Source of the DNA: a virus
IMG/VR virus record: IMGVR_UViG_3300035188_001379
Location: 32,001 to 96,000 of that record
DNA length: 64,000 nucleotides
Strand: one strand, 5' to 3'
The position numbers were made by a program, and so were the translations under genes. Below the pieces are notes generated by a model that ran no database searches, was not told where the DNA came from, and saw only the letters and a list, made by a program, of their open reading frames with translations. Of this stretch, positions 47,237 through 56,121 are shown one piece after another (within the stretch, counting starts at the first letter, position 1; every line of letters starts with the position of its first letter).

Positions 47237-49942
47237 ATGTCAGACAAAGTAAAAGTAGAACCCAAGTCAGGCGAAAATCCTGAGCTATTTATTGTATTCA
47301 GTCATCCTAACAAGGATGATCTAGAGGCCAGAAAATTTGGTGAAAAGGGCTATGCTGCTGAGGAAATTCTCGGAGCATTACAAGCAGCCAAGATAGACCT
47401 TGATCGTGTATATTTCACAGGCATGATCAAGCACGGCATAGGCAGTAAGAGTAAACCTAGCGCAGAAGATATTGAAGAGGGGCGCGAGGAGCTTGACCAG
47501 GAGATAGAAAGAATAAAGCCTAAGCTGATTATTCCTCTAGGTGCGGAAGTGTTCAAACGCATCATGAAAGGTAACATCAAGATGGGTGACTATATAGGAG
47601 AAGTCACAGACACTCCCTACGGCAAAGTCATGGCAAACTATGCCCCAGGCATGATTGTTATGATGGACCCTACCAAGCGTCCTGAGTTCAGAGATGTCTT
47701 CTGCTTGGCCCGTAAAGTCATTGACGACAATCTTAAGTATGATGATTACAAATATATTGTTATAGATGATCCTGAGATAAACAAAGCCATACTTCAGCAG
47801 TATATTGATGAAGAAGCGTTTGATATCGGCTATGACGCTGAGTGGTTCGGCGATAAGTTTACTGACAACGAAGTGATGTACGAGTTTCAGTACTCTTGTA
47901 AGAAAGATAAGGCAGTAATTCTAAACATTAGCAAAGACGGCATCACTGAAAATCGTGAGCTGCTAGACTCTATGAAGCTCATGCTAGAGCATCCGAAAGT
48001 CCGACGCATGGGTTGGAATATTCGTGCTGACGATCTCAGGCTACGGCATAGAGGTTTTAATCTTGCTGACGAAACACTAGCCTTTGACGGCATGAAGGCT
48101 GTGGCTTTCTTTGACTCGAGGCTGAGTAAAGGTCTTGAGACAGGTATCAAATTGTTTACCAGCTACGAAAGATACTATACAGAGCTGTATAGAAAGATGA
48201 AGCAGCACAAGATAGCCAAGGCTGAGATGGCTAAGATGAAGTTTCTAGAGCCTGACGTATACTACAAGTATTGCGCCGGTGACGCTGTAAGTCATCGAGA
48301 GGCCTGCTTGTCTATGATGAAAGACTTTCCAGAGCACCTCAAAAGCTGCTATTACGATATCTATCTGCCCCTGACGCATTATTTCACCGACATGGAGCTG
48401 ACAGGTATCGGTATAGATAAACAGGTACTTGAAGAAATTACTGAAAAGTATTCATCAAAATACGATGAGCTTCGTGAAGAGCTGTGCACCTTTCTCAAAG
48501 AGCGCTTCGGTGTAGAGGATTTTAATCCGAACAGTGCTCCACAGAAAAAAGATCTACTCTTCAATATTCTTAAGGTAGAGCCAGCCTACTATACAAAATC
48601 AGGCAAAAGCCCGAAGAGCAAAGCTTGGTACGACAACCAAAAGCCTCAAACACAAAAGATGTATGAGCCTAGTACCAACGGCAAAAGCTTATCCACGATA
48701 AAATTTCAGCTGGAGGAGCTGTTAGATAAACATAAAGACATGCCTGAGAGCGCGCATATGCTCGAGAATATCCAGGATGTGCACAAGGCTATTACTCTAT
48801 TGCTGAGTGTGAGCCGTGTGGGTGTGTTTGCTACAAAATTCCTCAGTAAAAAAGGGGTTATGATTGACCCTGAGCAGGAATTTGATGACGAGGATGAGCC
48901 TTTGAAGCAGAGCTATTGGGCGGCGATTTGTAATGATGGTCGTGTACATGCAAGCTTCTTCGAGTGCCTCAAAAACTTCAGAGCTAGTAGTAGCCCTAAT
49001 GTTCAAAATCCTGCGTCTAAAGTTTTGGCTTATATTCCAGATATATTCGTTCCAGGCTATAGCAAGTTTACAAACGATGAGCAAAAGAAGCATGAGCATC
49101 TTCTACCAAAAAACATCAGAAATATTTTCTGTACAGGTAAAGAAGATTATCACTGGGTAGAGCTTGACGTGGCTGGTGCGGACTTGGCCATCATGGCCTT
49201 TCTTAGCCGAGATGAAGACTTCATACACGACATCCGTGCAGGAAGCTTTCATGTTACTAAGATGCGTGAGTATTTTAACGACCATACACTTACTAAAAAA
49301 GATGTGAGTAAGTATGTGATCGCAAAAAGTATCACCTTCCGTGTGTCCTATACTGCAGGTTTGAAATTTGCTGCCATCCCTATTCAGGCAGACATCTATG
49401 CAGAAAACGGCTTGCATGTAGGTCTAGGTACTCTCGAATATGCTCTAGAGACCTGGACTAGATATAAAAAATACATGCAGTTCAGAGACAGGTGTACAGA
49501 AGAAGTCAAAGAGCGAAAGAGAATCACAAACGCTCGAGGACTAGTTCTTGATTATGAGGAAACTGATAACTTTGGCATTCTCGCTGGCTGGATGAACGAG
49601 AGCCTGGCCTTCCCTGTAGCAAGTGAGCTCGCTTGGTTTATGTGGGAAGCTAGCGTGAACCTCAAAAACATACTGAAGAAAGAAAATCTCTGGATGAACT
49701 ATGTGTATCCAGTAAATACCGTACATGATGCAGGCTACTGGGCTGTGCACAAAGATCTAACTAAAGATAATTATATTCAAGAAATCTTGAAACATGTTTT
49801 CTGTCATCAAACGAAACTGGCGACTGGCGACAATGTAGGTTGTGAGCTCGCTGTAATGGATCGTTGGAAGGGTAAACAGAAAATTTTTGAAAACGAGACT
49901 GTATGGAATTTCGATAAAAATGTATGGGAGTGGAAAGCTTAA
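47237..49942 (+). CDS. polA: Family A DNA polymerase with N-terminal UDG-like domain and 3'-5' exonuclease
   Basis: UDG-like EIERIKPKLIIPLG; Exo I DAE, II NIRAD, III YCAGD; motifs A DVAGADL, B AKSITFRVSY, C VHD. Confidence 0.9.
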   Translation: MSDKVKVEPKSGENPELFIVFSHPNKDDLEARKFGEKGYAAEEILGALQAAKIDLDRVYFTGMIKHGIGSKSKPSAEDIEEGREELDQEIERIKPKLIIPLGAEVFKRIMKGNIKMGDYIGEVTDTPYGKVMANYAPGMIVMMDPTKRPEFRDVFCLARKVIDDNLKYDDYKYIVIDDPEINKAILQQYIDEEAFDIGYDAEWFGDKFTDNEVMYEFQYSCKKDKAVILNISKDGITENRELLDSMKLMLEHPKVRRMGWNIRADDLRLRHRGFNLADETLAFDGMKAVAFFDSRLSKGLETGIKLFTSYERYYTELYRKMKQHKIAKAEMAKMKFLEPDVYYKYCAGDAVSHREACLSMMKDFPEHLKSCYYDIYLPLTHYFTDMELTGIGIDKQVLEEITEKYSSKYDELREELCTFLKERFGVEDFNPNSAPQKKDLLFNILKVEPAYYTKSGKSPKSKAWYDNQKPQTQKMYEPSTNGKSLSTIKFQLEELLDKHKDMPESAHMLENIQDVHKAITLLLSVSRVGVFATKFLSKKGVMIDPEQEFDDEDEPLKQSYWAAICNDGRVHASFFECLKNFRASSSPNVQNPASKVLAYIPDIFVPGYSKFTNDEQKKHEHLLPKNIRNIFCTGKEDYHWVELDVAGADLAIMAFLSRDEDFIHDIRAGSFHVTKMREYFNDHTLTKKDVSKYVIAKSITFRVSYTAGLKFAAIPIQADIYAENGLHVGLGTLEYALETWTRYKKYMQFRDRCTEEVKERKRITNARGLVLDYEETDNFGILAGWMNESLAFPVASELAWFMWEASVNLKNILKKENLWMNYVYPVNTVHDAGYWAVHKDLTKDNYIQEILKHVFCHQTKLATGDNVGCELAVMDRWKGKQKIFENETVWNFDKNVWEWKA

Positions 49943-49943
49943 T

Positions 49944-50657
49944 ATGTTAAGTTTCAAACTTACAGATAACAGCAAAGTAAGATTTTGCAAAGAGCACAAG
50001 AATACCTTTAGCTTATCTCAAGGATTGCCAGAAAATGGTGGTACTTGCGTTCATGCTACAGAGTCTTGCTTAAAAGTGTGCTATGACGCCAACCTGCGAA
50101 AGCTATATAAAAATTACGCAGCCGTTGAAGACTATAATACGTCTCTGGTAATAAATGCTACCTACGAAGAGCAGGTCGAAGTTATTAAAAATACTATAAC
50201 CAAATGGCGCTTGAACGGAGGCAGCAAGCCTTTGTACTTCAGGATACATACCGGCGGAGAGTTCTTTAATGCTCGCTACGCTTGCGCCTGGGCTGAAGCG
50301 ATTGAGGCTAACCCTGATGTAAATTTCTGGGCGTATACTCGCTCGTTATTTGCTGTGCCTATTCTGGCCGACCTCTCGAATTTAACATTGTATTTAAGCT
50401 GCGATAAAGATAATCACGAAAAAGTGCTCGCTATCTACGAGGAGTATAAGAATTATCCGAACATCGCGGTAGCCTGGATGGGTGATAATCCTCCAGAAAA
50501 CTTTCCCAACGACAGAGCAGTTCTAGATTGCCCTGAAGTGACAGGAAAAACAAAAAAAATAGGCTCTGTGGGAGCGTGCTCTAGATGTAGAGCATGCGTT
50601 GATCGCAGGCTAAAAAGTGGAAAAACAAGACATGTGCGCTTCCCAATCCACAGGTAA
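49944..50657 (+). CDS. Gp88-like Cys-rich (radical-SAM-like) protein
   Basis: C-x6-C-x3-CY, FRIHTGGEF, FWAYTRS, CP, C-x2-C-x2-C. Confidence 0.7.
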   Translation: MLSFKLTDNSKVRFCKEHKNTFSLSQGLPENGGTCVHATESCLKVCYDANLRKLYKNYAAVEDYNTSLVINATYEEQVEVIKNTITKWRLNGGSKPLYFRIHTGGEFFNARYACAWAEAIEANPDVNFWAYTRSLFAVPILADLSNLTLYLSCDKDNHEKVLAIYEEYKNYPNIAVAWMGDNPPENFPNDRAVLDCPEVTGKTKKIGSVGACSRCRACVDRRLKSGKTRHVRFPIHR

Positions 50658-50691
50658 TACAGCACAACTCAAACATAAACCAACAAACAAA

Positions 50692-51510
50692 ATGACTGCT
50701 GAAACTAAACGTAATCCTGCACCTATCACAAGAATCCTTGGCAAAGACTGCCGCTACACAAAAATTGATAATAGGAAATTCTTGTACTATTCTGACTTGA
50801 TTAAAATTGCTAATAAGGATTTTGAAAAAGAGCTGCGTACTCCTCCTATTGTGCAGCGTGTTTCTGACGGAGCCAACAGCCAAGACAGAAAGCTTGTAAA
50901 CGTTACCGACTTCAGAAATGCATACAGGCAAGCTAAGGAAAAGAACAGCCTTAAGAAACCTGCAAAGAGCAAGTCTAAGCCTCACGAGGCTGAACAATTC
51001 TGCTTTCCTTTTGAACCCCTGAAAGAAGGCAAGAGTGTGAGCTCCTCAAAGCTCATGGACACCTCTAGCTCAACCGCCCCACTTGATTTGTCCTCTATCA
51101 AGGTGGATACCTCCTCGATTAAGACAATCTATGAGCAAGGTGAGGCTAAAGACAGTTTGATCAAATCTCAAATTAATGGGATTGTGCATAAGTATGTTAA
51201 TAACCAGATTATTGAAAATGGTTTTACTGATGACTCTGCCGAAGCTTGCGCTTTAAGGCAAAACGCTTATGTGAGTCTTTATACTCAGTTTGACCTGGTA
51301 TACTCTACCGCTCTCGCTCAGTACAACATTGCTATGGATTCTGTCGGGCTTGGAGCAGATGTACGCTTCAAGGGCAATTACATGAACATCCTGGCAGATA
51401 AAAAGCTTCTTCCTACGCTGCTTGAAGTGGCCAAACAGTTCTTCTCTGTCGACCTGAAAAAGAAAAAGAAGAACGTTCGAGCCGACGACGATAACATCAA
51501 CTTAGACTAA
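50692..51510 (+). CDS. Putative antirepressor-like DNA-binding protein
   Basis: Bro-N-like IDNRKFLYYSDL; C-terminal Y-x-x-LY-x-QF...LLEVAKQFF; AC-rich leader before ATG 50692. Confidence 0.4.
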   Translation: MTAETKRNPAPITRILGKDCRYTKIDNRKFLYYSDLIKIANKDFEKELRTPPIVQRVSDGANSQDRKLVNVTDFRNAYRQAKEKNSLKKPAKSKSKPHEAEQFCFPFEPLKEGKSVSSSKLMDTSSSTAPLDLSSIKVDTSSIKTIYEQGEAKDSLIKSQINGIVHKYVNNQIIENGFTDDSAEACALRQNAYVSLYTQFDLVYSTALAQYNIAMDSVGLGADVRFKGNYMNILADKKLLPTLLEVAKQFFSVDLKKKKKNVRADDDNINLD

Positions 51511-51578
51511 ACACTTTGTTCCCCCCGGAACATTTGGTAAACTAGAGCAAAAAAAACAAACAAACCAAAACAGTAATC

Positions 51579-51869
51579 ATGAGCACCGAAAACAACAACT
51601 CCTCCGCCAAGACCTTCACTGTCAACATCACTGATCGCACTGGTCATAGCTCTGTAGCGAATCTGTCGATCGAGAAAACTGTCGACACGATCGTAGAAAA
51701 CGTCGAGAACAAGTCTCGCTGGCTCTTCATCAACGGTGAAGCGGTAAACTTCAAGGGTGCAAGCTCTCAGTTGTCTACCGAAAACGTGCAAATGCTCCGC
51801 ACGATGCTGGAGAATCTGAACGACCCGACGATCCTGCTCACAGGCACTCTCGTTGGCGGCAACGAATAG
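51579..51869 (+). CDS. Ubiquitin-like (beta-grasp) protein precursor ending LVGG-NE
   Basis: 96 aa; FTVNI, WLFING and ILLTGTLVGG strands; DNA ggc ggc aac gaa tag; upstream of JAB and E1. Confidence 0.8.
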   Translation: MSTENNNSSAKTFTVNITDRTGHSSVANLSIEKTVDTIVENVENKSRWLFINGEAVNFKGASSQLSTENVQMLRTMLENLNDPTILLTGTLVGGNE

Positions 51870-51897
51870 TCTAGAGGCTTAACCCTCACACACCTCG

Positions 51898-51933
51898 CCC
51901 CTGACATCTTACATGGTGTCAGGGGTTTCTTTT
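51898..51933 (+). terminator. Intrinsic terminator after Ubl
   Basis: CCCCTGACA/TGTCAGGGG followed by TTTCTTTT. Confidence 0.85.
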
Positions 51934-51954
51934 ATCCTCAACTAGCTTATTTTT

Positions 51955-54021
51955 ATGGAAATAACCTGCCACGAATTCAAAAGAACTACTAAAACTTTTA
52001 TTGACGCCCTGAAGCATACAGAGGCGGCCAGCATTAATCTACCTTTCTACTTATACGGCTCATCTCTTAAAGAATTATTTACACTTAGTCGCCTAGTTTT
52101 TAGGAACGTTGCAAAAATGTATGAGTTCTTGAAGTACTTGCCTGTACAGCCCTCGCAAGTTTCTATGAAGAACTTTCAGCAGCACGCAGGATTTTTGTCC
52201 TCTCTGCTTGATAGCAGCGAAGAGCAAAAAACACTAGGCACCATAGCTGCAACGCAAGAGTATTGTAAGACATTCCAAAGCGTGCGTCTTTTGCCTGATG
52301 CTATCCCAGAGGTTTATAGACCTTTTCTGATTAGAAATGCTCCTATAGAAACCACTGAAGGCGACCGTACATACAGGGCGATCACATGGACCACTGCGGC
52401 AAAGAGCTTACATGAGCTTGTTTACATGGCCTGCGACAGGGATACGATCTACGACTATCTCGACAAAGGGTATTTTATCATGTTTTCTGAGCAGCAGGCA
52501 GCTAAAAATAAGCTTGAAAAATGCGTAGTCGTGGCTGATCGCTACGACGTGAATACCGCACACATTTTCGCGCTGTGCAGGCTGCAGCCTTCTCTCTCAG
52601 AGCTGCTAAAGAACAAATGTTTTGCAGGATATCAAGATGCTGAAATGCTTAAACTGAGGATGCTCAAAAAGCTGAATACTGCACACAAGGCAGCATATCA
52701 GGCCGCCGCTGAGAAAATCGAGATAGACTACCACAAAAACTCTACGCTAATACTGCTTTCAAAGCTGCTAGATGGTTCGGTTGCAAAAACAACGCTCAAT
52801 GAGATTGAGTTTACAAAGACCTCTGCTACCTATGAGCGTATATCTGTTGAACACGATAGCTTACTAGTTATCTTGCAGAACTCGCTTAATTTCAACGGTG
52901 AGTTTGATATCTATGGTATTTGCGATATTCTTGGAAAAGAAGTACAGAAGATATCGGATGAAGCTGAGAGACCTGCAGAAGGCGAGCCCAAGCTCACGCT
53001 AGCAAATCTAAAAATTAACAGCATACCTATTCATTTAGAGCTGTCCTATACAGGCTGCCGCTATATCAATAGTGTGCGTGTAAATAAAGACGAGCTTGGC
53101 GCTGCGGTAGCTAGAGCAAGCTGCTACCAGGATGAGGCTGCGTATAAAGTGTTTCTTGAGACGATACGTGCGCTAAGCATCAAGCATCACGACATCATCG
53201 CAAATGGGTTGGCTGTAAAAATACATAGCACGATTACCCCTGAGGAGTATCGTTCCGCGCAACCTGGACCTAATGCTCCTGCGATTAAGTTTAAGATTGA
53301 TAAAGAGTCTCGCAGAGTTCATCTGGAGATTTCTGAAAATCGTAGCGTGCCTGTACATTTCCAGAGAATTATTAATAGGGTAAATACTCTTAATGAGCGT
53401 ACAAACAATGCGTCATCTTACAAAAAAGATGGTCCATGGGGGCACACAAGAGTTACAAAAAATTACAGGTGGGCCGCAAAAGAAATGGTAGAAATCTTGA
53501 TCAGTGCTTGTACAGCTGAAGAAGAGCATGTCAATGAGGCAGGAAACAAGATTAAAACCAAAAAAGTACTGATCACTGAAAATGATGTAGTCTTGCTGCT
53601 TGATGCAGCTAACGATAAAAAGAATGAGGCTATCGCAAGGTCTAAAGAGTTCATGGCTATGGCTGTGAAAAGTACAGGAGCCACAATGGTGGAATTCCTT
53701 GGAAAACCTGCATACAAAGTCTCAGGCAATCTGCGTACCTATGCGGTAATCATTGAGTCGGCCAAGGTCTACGACTTCGATACGAAGAAGTATCGCTGCA
53801 TCGTAAATCATAACCACTATCAGGGCGCAGGCTATGATGACGTAGCCACCAGGCTGCTTGCTCTTAAGAACGACAGCGTGATGCAGCAGGCGATTGGTAC
53901 ACTACAGGGAGAAGCTCAGCCTCAATATGAGCCTAACGGAAATACTAACGATCATGAGCGCGAAGGATTCTCAGAGTTTGATGTGCGTGCTGCGATAGGT
54001 AATGCATTTAGTGCTGCATAG
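51955..54021 (+). CDS. 688-aa hypothetical protein, candidate E2/E3-like component
   Basis: Between Ubl and JAB; C-terminal GNLRTYAV...YRC615IV...DDVATRLLALKND. Confidence 0.6.
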   Translation: MEITCHEFKRTTKTFIDALKHTEAASINLPFYLYGSSLKELFTLSRLVFRNVAKMYEFLKYLPVQPSQVSMKNFQQHAGFLSSLLDSSEEQKTLGTIAATQEYCKTFQSVRLLPDAIPEVYRPFLIRNAPIETTEGDRTYRAITWTTAAKSLHELVYMACDRDTIYDYLDKGYFIMFSEQQAAKNKLEKCVVVADRYDVNTAHIFALCRLQPSLSELLKNKCFAGYQDAEMLKLRMLKKLNTAHKAAYQAAAEKIEIDYHKNSTLILLSKLLDGSVAKTTLNEIEFTKTSATYERISVEHDSLLVILQNSLNFNGEFDIYGICDILGKEVQKISDEAERPAEGEPKLTLANLKINSIPIHLELSYTGCRYINSVRVNKDELGAAVARASCYQDEAAYKVFLETIRALSIKHHDIIANGLAVKIHSTITPEEYRSAQPGPNAPAIKFKIDKESRRVHLEISENRSVPVHFQRIINRVNTLNERTNNASSYKKDGPWGHTRVTKNYRWAAKEMVEILISACTAEEEHVNEAGNKIKTKKVLITENDVVLLLDAANDKKNEAIARSKEFMAMAVKSTGATMVEFLGKPAYKVSGNLRTYAVIIESAKVYDFDTKKYRCIVNHNHYQGAGYDDVATRLLALKNDSVMQQAIGTLQGEAQPQYEPNGNTNDHEREGFSEFDVRAAIGNAFSAA

Positions 54022-54024
54022 ACG

Positions 54025-54438
54025 ATGAACAAACATTTGTGGACCCAATTGTTGACTGCTTCTGAAGTGTGCGATCATGCCACAGAAGAGCAGGGAGGGT
54101 TAATCCTCAGTAGAGATGAGAGTTTTCTGTTCGTACCGATCAGAAACATACACATAGGAACCATTACAGCAGTAGGGCTGTATGAGACTGATAAGCTAGA
54201 GCTGAAAACAAAGGTGTTTACGAGGATGAGTGAGGGCTGGAGAATGTTCGCCAGCTTTCATACGCATCCTATGTTTTCGGCTACTCCTAGTGTAACTGAT
54301 ATGACGTATCTGTTCCAAGGGTTTGAGAGTAATTATATTTACGCACCCAAACCACAAGTCTTCTCAGCTACGATCTGGGAAGGAGAAAAAAGCAAAACAA
54401 CATTCATACCTAAAGAAAAAATCAAAGAACTACTATAA
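54025..54438 (+). CDS. JAB/MPN+ metalloprotease
   Basis: EEQGGLIL and FHTHP...PSVTD (E...HxH...S-x2-D). Confidence 0.92.
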   Translation: MNKHLWTQLLTASEVCDHATEEQGGLILSRDESFLFVPIRNIHIGTITAVGLYETDKLELKTKVFTRMSEGWRMFASFHTHPMFSATPSVTDMTYLFQGFESNYIYAPKPQVFSATIWEGEKSKTTFIPKEKIKELL

Positions 54439-54441
54439 CAC

Positions 54442-55035
54442 ATGAGCATCAATAAAATCGCTATTGCGGGAGCAGGTGGAATTGGCAGCAATCTTCTTGC
54501 TATTCTCTTCGACTACGGGTTTAATCGCAAACAGTTCGATTATGCCTCTATGGAGGTTGACATCTGGGACGACGACGTTGTAGATGTAAAGAACCTGCTC
54601 CACCAAAACTTTAAGCTTGATGACATTGGTAAGCATAAAGTAGATGTTCTTGCTGATAAATATGTTGTGAATGGTGTCAAAAACAGGATGGCTGAAAAAG
54701 ACTTCAAAAAGTACGATCTAGTCTTCTGCTGTGTTGACAACATGCCGTTCCGAAAGTCACTATACGAGTATGGCTGGAAAGCTCAAAGCAAGCTATTTTG
54801 GATTGACGGTAGGTGCACCAGTAGACAGGGTGCCGTGTTTAATTCAGCCTTGCCCAAGGAAGTTCTACTTGGGTACATCAGTGACAGTGTTGAAGAAGGT
54901 GGCTGTTTGCTAGCTTATGAGAAAGAGCAAAACATCAGTCACACATTACCTACCATTGTGGCAGGTATGATGGTTCAGAATTTTCTGAACAAACTCAGAG
55001 GCGAGCAATCGTTCAAGTCTGTGTTCATGGTCTAG
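54442..55035 (+). CDS. E1/ThiF-family ubiquitin-like activating enzyme
   Basis: GAGGIG, DDDVVDVKNL-x-HQ, DIGKHKV, CVDN...R, WIDG, candidate catalytic Cys155 (GGCL); no Zn CxxC pairs. Confidence 0.93.
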   Translation: MSINKIAIAGAGGIGSNLLAILFDYGFNRKQFDYASMEVDIWDDDVVDVKNLLHQNFKLDDIGKHKVDVLADKYVVNGVKNRMAEKDFKKYDLVFCCVDNMPFRKSLYEYGWKAQSKLFWIDGRCTSRQGAVFNSALPKEVLLGYISDSVEEGGCLLAYEKEQNISHTLPTIVAGMMVQNFLNKLRGEQSFKSVFMV

Positions 55036-55090
55036 TATAACGTAGTATCAATTAACCTTAAAACTTAACTTAAATTAACTAAACGCAAAT

Positions 55091-56116
55091 ATGGCAATCA
55101 TCAAACCATCTCTTAAATTCGCCGGGTCTGAGCTCAACCTCAACAATACTGCAGTTCCTTATATCAAGGAAGGCGTGCAGCGTGCGCTGTTCAACAAGTC
55201 AAACAACCCTGAGGGTGCATACCTCTACTTTCTTCCTGCCTACAAGACAGACGAAGACGGCAATGGTGTTTGGTACAAGAAAGTCAGTGTGCGCGACAAC
55301 TTCGGCACATCCTACAAAGAAAAGTATTTTGTGCCTAGCCGTGCAGCAGACCCTGCCGAGTATTTCTACAACAATCTGCGTATCATCTATCCTGAAGATG
55401 CTCAGATTCGTGATGTGGAAAACAATGGCAAGAAGTTCAAGCAATATCCTTTCTGTGGGAGGATCACAGATCGTGTGATTTACAATGTTGCTTTTGCCCA
55501 GCATCTAGAGCAGGGAGCTTATGTGCTCGACTTGCCTCTTCGTAATGGTGCGGATATTCTGATGAACTGGCTGGAAGGTCGTGATTTGTCAGGCCGTCAG
55601 CGTCTTCCTATCAACGATCCTGATAGGTGTTTGCCTGTGTTTGTGAAGCTTAAAGAAAACAGTGCAAATCCCTGGATGCTTCAGGTGGACACAAGCGAAC
55701 CCGTGGCCTTGCCTGAGCAGCTTGCTGACAGCGATTATCTGTACAACCTTGACGAGGTCCTTGTGACAAAGACCAAGGAAGAAATCATTGCCAAGCTGCG
55801 TGAAATGTACTCTTCAGACGTGTTTGAAGATTGCATGAATGGCTATCCTGGCCTTACAAAGAGTAGCTCACCAGCTCCTGTGGCTGCAGCAGTTCAAAAG
55901 AGTGAGCCTGTGATTGCTCGTCCAGTGATGAACATTCCGAAACCCTCGATGAATGTTGCTAAGCCTGCGGTAGCTGCAGTTCAGAAAGCTGAGATTCCAA
56001 GAGTAAGTATTCCTACCGCAATTCCTGAAAAAGATGCGTACGATATCGGAGCACTGCCTCCTAACCCGATGAAAATGAGCAGAGAAGAAGCCCTTAAATT
56101 TATCAATGAAGCCTAG
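55091..56116 (+). CDS. Putative ssDNA-binding protein (gp32-like)
   Basis: YFLP...WYKK...DP aromatic OB-type pattern, Pro/Ala-rich tail, upstream of RecA. Confidence 0.55.
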   Translation: MAIIKPSLKFAGSELNLNNTAVPYIKEGVQRALFNKSNNPEGAYLYFLPAYKTDEDGNGVWYKKVSVRDNFGTSYKEKYFVPSRAADPAEYFYNNLRIIYPEDAQIRDVENNGKKFKQYPFCGRITDRVIYNVAFAQHLEQGAYVLDLPLRNGADILMNWLEGRDLSGRQRLPINDPDRCLPVFVKLKENSANPWMLQVDTSEPVALPEQLADSDYLYNLDEVLVTKTKEEIIAKLREMYSSDVFEDCMNGYPGLTKSSSPAPVAAAVQKSEPVIARPVMNIPKPSMNVAKPAVAAVQKAEIPRVSIPTAIPEKDAYDIGALPPNPMKMSREEALKFINEA

Positions 56117-56121
56117 AAAAT

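Noticed and set aside
54442-55035. ThiF/MoeB as an auxiliary thiamine or molybdopterin gene
   Set aside because: No thiG, thiS or moaE neighbours and no Zn CxxC pairs; context is Ubl and JAB. Not formally excluded without assay
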